A stretch of 64,000 nucleotides of DNA from NCBI GenBank assembly GCA_963778655.1, contig CAVZVA010000005.1, forward strand, positions 704,001 through 768,000, in the 5' to 3' direction. Positions 27,798 through 37,110 of this stretch are shown here, in pieces (within the stretch, counting starts at the first letter, position 1; each line of letters begins with the position of its first letter). The notes under the pieces were generated by a model, which worked only from the letters and a program-made list of their open reading frames with translations, did not search any database and was not told the origin of the DNA. Origin of the DNA: an uncultured delta proteobacterium (GTDB lineage Bacteria; Myxococcota_A; Polyangia; Polyangiales; JAFGIB01). Position numbers and translations under genes: made by a program.

Positions 27798-28682
27798 GTG
27801 GCCGACGTCTGGACAGTGCAGCGCATGCTCGGGTGGGTGACCCGGGACTTCGCTGCGCTCGGGTTGGCCACGCCCAGGCTGGATGCGGAGCTGCTCTTGA
27901 GCCACGCGCTCGGCTGCGACCGGGTGCGGCTCTACATGGACATGCAGCGGCCGCTGCTCGCCGCAGAGCTGGACGCGGTGCGCGCGCTGGTCCGGCGGCG
28001 CCGCAAGCGCGAGCCGGTCGCCTACATCCTGGGCCGCCGCGAGTTCTACCGCCGCGAGCTCGAGGTCACCCCGGACGTGCTGGTGCCGCGGCCGGAGACC
28101 GAGCTGCTGGTGGACCGCGCGCTCGACGCGCTGCCGGCGGGCGCGACCCGCGCGCTCGACCTGTGCACCGGCAGCGGTGCGGTCGCGCTGGCGCTGGCGC
28201 TGGAGCGGCCCGGGTTGCATGTGGACGCCACCGACCTCTCGCAAGCCGCGCTGGAGGTAGCCGCGCGCAACCTCGGGCGCTACCAGCTCGGCGAGCGCGT
28301 GCGCTTGTGGCCGGGCGATCTGTTCCAGGCCCTGCCTGCGGGCGCGCGCTATCCGCTGGTGGTGGCCAATCCGCCGTACGTCGGCGAGCGTGAATGGCCG
28401 GAGCTCGCGCCCGAGGTCACGCAGCACGAGCCGCGCAGCGCGCTGCTGGCCGGGGACGACGGGCTCGAGGTACTGCGCCGTCTGTGCGCAGCAGTGGCGG
28501 ACTTCGTCGAGCCGGGCGGCGCGTTGCTGCTCGAGGTGGGCCACGGCCAGGCTCGCGAGGTCGCCGCGCTGCTGCAGGCCGCCGGCGGCTTCGCACCCGC
28601 CAAGCTCCACCGCGACCTCGCCGGCATCGAGCGCATCGTCGAAACCCGCCGCCTGAGCACGGCGAGCGCGCAACAGCCTTGA
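27798..28682 (+). CDS. prmC: Release factor glutamine methyltransferase PrmC/HemK
   Basis: RLDAELLL, REPVAYILGRREFY, VLVPRPETE, LDLCTGSG, VANPPY, LLLEVG. Confidence 0.96.
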   Translation: MADVWTVQRMLGWVTRDFAALGLATPRLDAELLLSHALGCDRVRLYMDMQRPLLAAELDAVRALVRRRRKREPVAYILGRREFYRRELEVTPDVLVPRPETELLVDRALDALPAGATRALDLCTGSGAVALALALERPGLHVDATDLSQAALEVAARNLGRYQLGERVRLWPGDLFQALPAGARYPLVVANPPYVGEREWPELAPEVTQHEPRSALLAGDDGLEVLRRLCAAVADFVEPGGALLLEVGHGQAREVAALLQAAGGFAPAKLHRDLAGIERIVETRRLSTASAQQP

Positions 28683-28700
28683 AGCAGGCCGGCACGCCCC

Positions 28701-30716
28701 TCAGCGCGCCTTCAGGCGCGCCACGCCTTCGACCAGCGCGAGCAGGGCGAACACCAGCAGCACGTAGGGTGCCAGCGGTTGCTTGACCGTGGCTGCGGAG
28801 CTGGCTCGCGCCGCGCGCAGGCCCCAGCTCTGCACGTCCGGGATGGCCGTGAGGTCGCTTTCCGCGCGCGGGCTCTCGGCCACGAATGCGCCGCGGGGAA
28901 CGTCGGCCAGCACGCCGCGCTCGCCCGCTGCCAGCACGCGATAGGCGCCGGCGCTGTCGGTGGCCGCCAGCTCGACGCTGGTCTTGCCGCGCACGTCGTC
29001 GAAGCGCAGCCGCACCCCCTCGGGCGTGACCACCTCCATGCGCGCTGCGTCGGGCGGCACCGCCAGGCGCACCGGCGCGCCCGCGCTGACCGGTCCGCTG
29101 ATCGCGAGCGATGCGCCCGCGACCTCGCGGATCAACCGTGCCAGCAACGGCAGATAGCCGGGCCGGAACGGCAAGTCGCTCCAGTCCGCGTCGAGGCTCA
29201 CCGCGAGCAACGCGCTGCGCCCGCGGCCGACCGTCGCCTCCGCCAGCGCCGGCGCGCCATCGCTGAAGCGCAGGGGCACCTCGCCGTCGCAATCGAGCAT
29301 CAGCCGCTGGCTGGTCTTGGTCTGCGCGAGACCCGCTGGCCCGGAGGGCAACAGCTGCGAAGGCGGCGGCGGCGCAAAGCCGATCTCGGCGCTCTGCGCC
29401 CGCGCGCGAATGCGGCACGGCAGCAGCTCGGCGAGGGCGGCATTGTATGCGCGCGGCTGAACCTGATCTCCGGCCGCGACGATCAGGCCGCCGCCCTGCT
29501 CCACGAAACGCTGCAGCCGCGCAACCGTGGGCGGGTCGGGAGCCTCCGCATTGGCCAGCACCACCACGTCGACCTGGGCCAGGTCGTACTTGCCGAGCGC
29601 GCTCGCGTCCACGGTGCGCAGCGCCAGGCTGCCTTCGGTGCCGGAGGAGAGGCGCAGCGCCCGCAGCGCGTAGTGCAGCTCGTCGCGGTCGGAGGCCGGA
29701 TGCGGATCGCCGTTGACCAGCATCACCTGCACCGCGTCCGAGGGACGCAGCAACACGCCGGCCACGTTGTCGGCTTCGAGCGCGTCGCTGGCGTCTATGT
29801 GCAGCAGGGCGGTGGGGTCGGCTTCCGGCGAGGGCGTCGGCAGCTCGATCAGCCCGCGCGCCCGCCCCGAGACCAGCTCGAGGCTGGTCTTCGCGATTTC
29901 GCGCCCGCCCGAACGCACGCTGACCGGCACGCGCTCGGGCGCCTCGCCGTAGGCCGCGAGCTCGATCGCGATCGAGGTCTGGTCCTTGACGCTCGGATCG
30001 GGCAGCGCGCGCGCCGAGGTGAAGTAGAGATTCGCGGGCGCGGGAACCGAGCCGATGCGCTCGAGCACGACCTGCACCCCCTCGATGCGCACGTCGGCCG
30101 GCGTGAGCTTGGTGTGGGTGGCGAAGTCGCTCAGCACGAGCACGCGCCGCGTGGTGTAACGCGCCGCCTGCAGCTGCTCGGCGGCGAGCTTCAGCGCCGA
30201 GCCCAGGTCGTTTCCGCGCACGCTCTGCTGAGGCAGGCGGTCGAGCTCGAGCCGCGCCAGGCGCAGGTCGCTGCTGCGGCGCAGCAGCAGCCGCGCGCGC
30301 GCGCCGGCCGCGATCAGCGAGACCTCCGAGCCGGCCGGCAGCGACGCGACCGCCTGGCGCGCGCGCTCCACCGCCGCCTGCAGCAGCGTGGTGGCGCCCT
30401 CGCGGCGCATCATCGACAGCGAGTCGTCGATCACGATCGCGGCGCTGGCGATGCTGCCGTCGCCGAAGCTCAGGCGCGCGGTGGCGTAGGGCGCGGCCAG
30501 GCCGAGGCACGCCGCCACCACCACCGCGACGCGCAGCAGCAGCAGCAGCAGGTCGGTCAGCCCGCGGCTGCGGCGTTTGTGCGTCTCGGCCTTGCGCAGC
30601 AGCGCCAGCGTCGGCAACGGAACCGGTGGCAGATTGCGGCGGCGAATGCGGTGAGCGAGCCACGGCAGCACGGCCGCGGCCAGCCCGAGCAGCGCGAGCG
30701 GTGCCTCTAGGCCCAT
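28701..30716 (-). CDS. BatA-domain/VWA membrane protein (MoxR system 1)
   Basis: MGLEAPLALLGLAAAVLPWLAHRIRRR...LLLLLRVAVV (BatA double TM), IVIDDSLSM (MIDAS), VLSDF, DALEADN, FVEQGGGLIV, WSDLPFRP, ESDL, C-terminal TM. Confidence 0.88.
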   Translation of the reverse strand: MGLEAPLALLGLAAAVLPWLAHRIRRRNLPPVPLPTLALLRKAETHKRRSRGLTDLLLLLLRVAVVVAACLGLAAPYATARLSFGDGSIASAAIVIDDSLSMMRREGATTLLQAAVERARQAVASLPAGSEVSLIAAGARARLLLRRSSDLRLARLELDRLPQQSVRGNDLGSALKLAAEQLQAARYTTRRVLVLSDFATHTKLTPADVRIEGVQVVLERIGSVPAPANLYFTSARALPDPSVKDQTSIAIELAAYGEAPERVPVSVRSGGREIAKTSLELVSGRARGLIELPTPSPEADPTALLHIDASDALEADNVAGVLLRPSDAVQVMLVNGDPHPASDRDELHYALRALRLSSGTEGSLALRTVDASALGKYDLAQVDVVVLANAEAPDPPTVARLQRFVEQGGGLIVAAGDQVQPRAYNAALAELLPCRIRARAQSAEIGFAPPPPSQLLPSGPAGLAQTKTSQRLMLDCDGEVPLRFSDGAPALAEATVGRGRSALLAVSLDADWSDLPFRPGYLPLLARLIREVAGASLAISGPVSAGAPVRLAVPPDAARMEVVTPEGVRLRFDDVRGKTSVELAATDSAGAYRVLAAGERGVLADVPRGAFVAESPRAESDLTAIPDVQSWGLRAARASSAATVKQPLAPYVLLVFALLALVEGVARLKAR

Positions 30717-31620
30717 GCGCGCCGTGTCTTCCGGCTGAGCGCCTCGGCCACGGCCTCCTGCACCGGCGTGTCGGTGCGCGCGAGCACGTAGCGGGCGCCG
30801 GCCGCGGTGCAGCGCTGGCGGCAGCCGACCACGAACGCGTTGACCTCGTCGAGATAGGCCCGGCGCACGGCTTCGGGGTCGGTGTCGAGGCTCTCCTGAC
30901 TCTCGGGGTCGACGAAGCGCATGCGCTCGCCGAACGGAAGCTCGAGCTCGTGGGGATGCAGCACGTGGAACACGATCGTGTCGTGGCCGAGCGCGTGCAG
31001 TCGGCTGAGCGGCTCGAGCGCGGCCGGCGCGAGGTCCAGCAGGTCGCTGGCCAGCACCAGCAGCCCGCGCCGGCCCACGCGCTCGCTGCACGCGCTGAGC
31101 GCGGCCCTGAGATTGGTCTGCTGCGCGCCGGGGGAGGGCGGCTGGCCGAGTAGCCCCAGAATCGCCTCGAGCTGTCCGGGTCGTGCCCGCGCCGGAATGC
31201 TGTCGCGCAGGGTCGCGTCCAGCGTGAGCAGGCCGACGGCATCGCCCTGCCCGAGCAGGATGAACGCCATCGCCGCCAGCAGCGTGGCCGCGTAGCCACG
31301 CTTGTCGAGCTTGGGATCACCGCCGTCGTAGCTCATCGAAGGCGAGACGTCGAACAGCAGGTGGGCGCGCAGGTGCGTCTCTTGCTCGAAGCGCTTGATG
31401 GTGTAGCGGTCGCTGCGCGCGAACGCGCGCCAGTCGAGCAAGCGCAGGTCGTCGCCCGGCCTGTACTCGCGGTGCTCGGCGAAGATCACGCTGGCGCCCC
31501 GGTGCGGGCTGCGATGGATGCCGGAGCGCAGGCCCTCGACCGCGCGGCGCGCGCGCACGCGCAGGTTCGCGACGCGTTGCACGACCTCCTGGTCCAGCAC
31601 CTTGGTGCCGGCCGGGTCGT

Positions 31621-31624
<4 letters not shown>
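30707..31624 (-). CDS. DUF58 (VWA-like) protein (MoxR system 1)
   Basis: GIHRSPHRGASVIFAEHREYRPGDDLRLLDWRAFARSD, LLFDVSPSM, DAVGL. Confidence 0.92.
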
Positions 31625-32631
<1,007 letters not shown>

Positions 32632-32774
32632 GGCTGAGCGCCGCGCCAGCGCGCGGTAAGCATGCGCTGGGATCGTACTCTGCGGGGAGCTGCGTGCCAA
32701 CCGGAAGGGTCCGAGGCGGGGCGCGCGCACCGCGGGCGTTGACCGTGCGACCGCATGTTTGGGAGACTGCCGCG

Positions 32775-34649
32775 GTGCGCCGGCGACTCGTTCTGGCCCT
32801 CGCGGCCGGCTTCCCGCTGGCGATGTATCTGTGGACGCTCAGCGGCGCGGGCTACTGGCTCGACGGCGGCGAGTTCGTGGCGATGGCGGTGCGGCTCGAC
32901 ATCGCCCACCCGCCCGGTCATCCGCTGACCGGGCTCTACGGCAAGACCCTGACCCTGCTGCCGCTGGGTCCGCTGGCGTTTCGCGTGGCGCTGGGGCAGG
33001 CGCTCGCGGCCGCGCTGGGCGCGGTGCTGTTGTTTCGCGCCGGCGAGAGCACCGCGCGCGCGTTCGGGCTGCGATCGGCCGCGCTGGTCACGCCGATCGC
33101 GCTGCTCGGCGCGTGGCTGTGCGCGTTCGGCTACGCGGTCTGGTTCCAGGCCATCCGCCCCGAGGTCTACGCGCTGCAGGACTTGAGCTCGTTCTTCGCC
33201 ATGGAGCGCATGGCGCGCTTCGTCGAGGACGGCGGGCGCGACCGCCGTCCTCTGTACGCCGCGGCGCTCGCGGTGGGGCTCGGCCTCTGCAACCACCACG
33301 TGATGGCCTTCTTCATGTTTCCGGCGTTGATCGGCTGCGCCGGGCTCGCGTTGCGGCGTGCCGGCCCGCGCCCGGTGCTGATCTGCGCCGCGCTCGGCCT
33401 GCTGGCGCTGAGCACCTACGCCTACCTGCCGGTGCGCGCGGCCCGCCATCCGCCCGCGAACCTGGGCGACCCCGAGACCTTCGCCCGCATGGCCTGGGTG
33501 GTCAGCGCCAAGGTCTACACGCGCTACGTGGGCGAGCGCTCGCCGCAGCCGCTCTCCGAGCGCTACGCGGATGCCGGTGTGGTGCTGGTCGACGACATGC
33601 AGGGCGTGTTCGCGCTGGTCGCGCTGTGGGGCCTGTACGCGGCGCTGCGGCGGCGCCAGAGCCGCCCGCTCGGTCTGCTGTGGCTAGCCTGCGCGGCCTC
33701 GGTGTTCGGGGTGCGGCCCTGGCTGGGCGCCGTGCGCGGCAATCCCGATGCGATCGCTTATATGACCTCCGGCATCGCGGCCGTCGCGCTGCTGGCGAGC
33801 GCGGGGGTTTCGGCGCTGGCGTCGTTTGCGACGCAGAGCGAGCCCTGGTCGCGCAAGCTGGTCGCGCCGCTGTGGCTGGTGCTGGCCGGCGCGCTGGCGC
33901 TGGCATTCGGCCGCGGGCTGCCGCGCGTCGATCTCTCCGGATTCCACGCCACCGATCTGTTCGACGAGTACCGCGAGCGCGGGTTGCCCGCGCGCACAGC
34001 GGTGGTCGCGACCACGCCGCAGACTGTGTTCCGGCACTTCGAGATCGCCGCAACCGAGCAAGTGCGCCCGGACCTCGAGCTGCTGCCGCTGCCCTTCCTG
34101 GGCTACCCCGGCGTCGCTGAGGCCGTGGTGCGCCGGCATCCAGATCTGCGCGGGCTGGTTGACGCCTTCGCCCGCTCCCAGCAGGTCGACCCCGCGGCGC
34201 TCTCGCGGTTGGCCACACGCCGTCCGGTGCTGATCGAGCTCGACTCGCACGTGCCGCCTGCTGCCTACGCCTCGCTGCTGCCGATGGGCCTGCTCTACGC
34301 CAGTGTGCAGGCCTCGACCGCGCGCGCGATGCTGGCGCCGGCCGCTGCGCTGCAGCGCAGGGTGTACCTGCGCATCTATCGCGACCTCGGCGCCGGCATC
34401 TCCGAGGTCGAGACCGCACGCCAGCTGCTCTGGGGGCATTACATGGACGCGCTGTTCTACGCCGCGCGCGGCGCGCTGCCCCAGGCGCGCTCCGCGCTCG
34501 CGCTCGCGGCGCGGCTGCGGCCCGAGGACGCGCAGGTGCGCGCGCTGCAAGCCGCGCTCGCGGACCCGGCGCTGCAGGGCCCGCTTGACGTGCGGCCGTT
34601 CCTGGCGTTCGACGCAGGCAGTGCCGAAGGCGCCACTGCCCCGCGCTGA
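32775..34649 (+). CDS. DUF2723 (TMEM260-like, GT-C fold) membrane glycosyltransferase
   Basis: YLWTL...WLDGGEFVAMAVRLDIAHPPGHPL, WFQAIRPEVYAL, GLCNHH, YAYLPVRA, NLGDPETF; many TMs; C-terminal TPR-like helix. Start approximate. Confidence 0.82.
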   Translation: MRRRLVLALAAGFPLAMYLWTLSGAGYWLDGGEFVAMAVRLDIAHPPGHPLTGLYGKTLTLLPLGPLAFRVALGQALAAALGAVLLFRAGESTARAFGLRSAALVTPIALLGAWLCAFGYAVWFQAIRPEVYALQDLSSFFAMERMARFVEDGGRDRRPLYAAALAVGLGLCNHHVMAFFMFPALIGCAGLALRRAGPRPVLICAALGLLALSTYAYLPVRAARHPPANLGDPETFARMAWVVSAKVYTRYVGERSPQPLSERYADAGVVLVDDMQGVFALVALWGLYAALRRRQSRPLGLLWLACAASVFGVRPWLGAVRGNPDAIAYMTSGIAAVALLASAGVSALASFATQSEPWSRKLVAPLWLVLAGALALAFGRGLPRVDLSGFHATDLFDEYRERGLPARTAVVATTPQTVFRHFEIAATEQVRPDLELLPLPFLGYPGVAEAVVRRHPDLRGLVDAFARSQQVDPAALSRLATRRPVLIELDSHVPPAAYASLLPMGLLYASVQASTARAMLAPAAALQRRVYLRIYRDLGAGISEVETARQLLWGHYMDALFYAARGALPQARSALALAARLRPEDAQVRALQAALADPALQGPLDVRPFLAFDAGSAEGATAPR

Positions 34650-34719
34650 GCGGCGCGGCTTTGGCGCCCAGGCAGGCGCGACCCGCGCCGTGCGGCGATT
34701 GGGCGGGAGCCGCCTTGGC

Positions 34720-35430
34720 TCAAAGCGAGGTGCTATCGACGATGGTCATCGTGAAGCTGCCGTCGAGGCCATCGGCCGGGCAACCCGCCGCGCCGGCGAA
34801 GCCGTCGACGTGCAAGCTACCTTTGATCACGCCACCGATGTTGCCGACCGCGTCGATGCTGAGGCGACCGCCGCTCGCGGTGCACAGACCGCTGGGTAGC
34901 GACCACACCAGGTCGGCTTGCCCGTTGGCCAGCCCGATCTCGTAGTCGCCGGCAGCGGTGCCATACAGGTTGATCGTGACGAAGCTGCCGAACGCCTTGG
35001 CGGGCGCGTCCCAGCCGTAGTGCAGCAGCAGGTTGTAGCCGGGCCCCGTCGCCACCAGGTCGTCGTAGTGCACCGCCATGATCTGCGCGTCGCACACCGT
35101 GGGATCGTCCGAGCTGGGTGCTTCGGTGTAGTCGGTGGCGCCGAGCGTGACGGTATCGTCGTCACAGCTGGCGCTCGAGCCGCCCGCGCCGCCGGAACCG
35201 CCGGTCGGCGAGCCGGCGTCGGCGCTCGGGCTGCCCGCATCCGAGCCGCTGTCCGCGCCGCCGCCTGCATCGCCTGCGGCCGCTGCCGCTGCAGCGCTGG
35301 CGGCGTCGGCTCCGGCATTCGCTCCCGCGTCCGGGCTCGCGGCCGGATCATGGCCGCCGCAGCCGAGCGCGACCGCAGCCGCGCACAGCGCGCCCGTCAC
35401 CATCGATGTGCCCCGCGTCGTCTCGCGCAT
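34720..35430 (-). CDS. Hypothetical lipoprotein
   Basis: AVALG-C lipobox, DAG/Gly/Ser-rich linker, Cys-containing beta-rich domain; TAGAAT 12 nt upstream of the ATG. Confidence 0.75.
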   Translation of the reverse strand: MRETTRGTSMVTGALCAAAVALGCGGHDPAASPDAGANAGADAASAAAAAAAGDAGGGADSGSDAGSPSADAGSPTGGSGGAGGSSASCDDDTVTLGATDYTEAPSSDDPTVCDAQIMAVHYDDLVATGPGYNLLLHYGWDAPAKAFGSFVTINLYGTAAGDYEIGLANGQADLVWSLPSGLCTASGGRLSIDAVGNIGGVIKGSLHVDGFAGAAGCPADGLDGSFTMTIVDSTSL

Positions 35431-35514
35431 TCCGCACGCGCGATTCTACGTCAAGCGGGCACGATGACCAAGCGCGCAAGCTCGCGCCGAGCCCGCGCTC
35501 GGGCCGTCTCGCCT

Positions 35515-37110
35515 TCAGCGCAACGAGTCACAGGCGCGCTGCTCGCGGCGCGCCTGGGCCGGGTCGTCGGTCGCGCGTGCCAGGTCGCAGTGCGGCTGCG
35601 GATCGAAGGGGTTGATCCAAATCGCCTCGCGCAGCGCTTCGCGCGCGGCCGCCATCTCGCCCAGCCGCAGGTGCGCCGCGCCCAGCAGGGCGTGGGTCGG
35701 CGCGTGGCTCGGGTAGCGAGCGACCTGCGGCTGCAGCGCCGCGATCACCGCGCGTGCGTCGCCGGCCTGCAGCGCGGCGCGCCCGTAGCGCGCGGCCACG
35801 ATCGGGTCCTGCTCGTCGGCGTGATGTGCCTTCTCGTACTCGCGCGCCGCCGCCGCCGTGCGCCCGCGATCCCACAGCATGTCGCCGATGCGCAGAAAGC
35901 GCCGCGCGTCGCTCTCCACCACGTCCGCGCTTTCGTCGGTCGGCCCATTTCCGACCTTGAAGCGCCGCTTGAGCCGGTGCGCCGGCGCTGGTCCCTCGGT
36001 CTCGGTGGGCAGCGACGCCTTCCAGTCGCTCTCGAGGCGCGTGAACGGCACGCCGGCGGCCTTGCTCAGCGCGTCGCGTGCGTCGGCGCCGTCCTTGATC
36101 TGCGCGAGCGCCGCGCGCAGCGTGGGAATGCCGTAGCGCTGCACGTAGAGCTGCATGAAGGTGGCCACCTGGGCAAAGGCCAGCGCCGCATCGTCCTCCG
36201 AGGGCAGCATGGCGATCGAGGGGTGCATCTGCTCAAAGGTCAGCAGCTTGCCCTTGGCCGCGGCCTGCTGCAGCAGCACGCGCCCGCCGGGATCGAGCTG
36301 CAGCCCGGCGTCGGGCCCGCGCCACGAACGCTCGAAGAGCTTGGCCGTGCCCTCCTGCAGCCACACCGGTGCGCGGTCGCCGGTCACGCGTGACAACACC
36401 AGGTGCACCAGCTCGTGGGTGATGGTGTCGGCCCAGGGGTAGCCGCGCACCAGCGCCTTGGGGCTAGTGATCATCAGTCGGTTGAACTTGCTCAGCGCGA
36501 CCGTGCCCGTGGTCTGGATCTGCTCCACGGTCAGTGCCGACACCTGCGCCAGCGTCTCCGGCGAGGGATAGATCTCGATCCGCAGTGGCCCGGGCAGCGG
36601 CACGCCGAAGGTCTGCTGCAGCGCGTGGTCGGCGGCGGCCACCACGTCCAGCGCGTAATCGGCCAGCAGCGCGTCCTTGCCCGGCGGGTAGCGCACCACG
36701 TAGCGCCCGTCCGCCGACGCCTTGCGCTCGAAGCCCTGCGTGACGTCGAGCGTCGCCGCCATCAAGTCGCGCATCGACTGCCACGGCTTGCGCTCGTGGC
36801 TGGTCGCGCCGGGCAAGGCACGGTCGGCCAGCGCCACCGCCTGCGCGTAGTCGCCCTGATAGAAGCGCAGCCGAGCCTGCTCGAACAGCACCTCGGGCAC
36901 GCCCGCGTGATCGACCGCGAGCTGCGCGAGCAGGCGTTGGGCCTGCTCTAGCCGCAGCTCGCTGATCGCGTCCGAGGCCTGCTCCAGCAGATCGGTGGCC
37001 TGCGCCTTGTGCGCGCCCTGCGGCTGGGGCGCCGCCCCCGCGCGCGGGGTGCCGCTCGCCAGCACGGCGGCCAGCAGCATGCCGGCGGTGGTGGCGGCGC
37101 GCCGGCTCAT
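35515..37110 (-). CDS. TPR-containing peptidase MA-like zinc metallohydrolase, exported
   Basis: Signal-like N-terminus, N- and C-terminal TPRs, TITHELVHLVL (HExxH), APVWLQEGTA; ATGA overlap with the upstream gene. Confidence 0.85.
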   Translation of the reverse strand: MSRRAATTAGMLLAAVLASGTPRAGAAPQPQGAHKAQATDLLEQASDAISELRLEQAQRLLAQLAVDHAGVPEVLFEQARLRFYQGDYAQAVALADRALPGATSHERKPWQSMRDLMAATLDVTQGFERKASADGRYVVRYPPGKDALLADYALDVVAAADHALQQTFGVPLPGPLRIEIYPSPETLAQVSALTVEQIQTTGTVALSKFNRLMITSPKALVRGYPWADTITHELVHLVLSRVTGDRAPVWLQEGTAKLFERSWRGPDAGLQLDPGGRVLLQQAAAKGKLLTFEQMHPSIAMLPSEDDAALAFAQVATFMQLYVQRYGIPTLRAALAQIKDGADARDALSKAAGVPFTRLESDWKASLPTETEGPAPAHRLKRRFKVGNGPTDESADVVESDARRFLRIGDMLWDRGRTAAAAREYEKAHHADEQDPIVAARYGRAALQAGDARAVIAALQPQVARYPSHAPTHALLGAAHLRLGEMAAAREALREAIWINPFDPQPHCDLARATDDPAQARREQRACDSLR

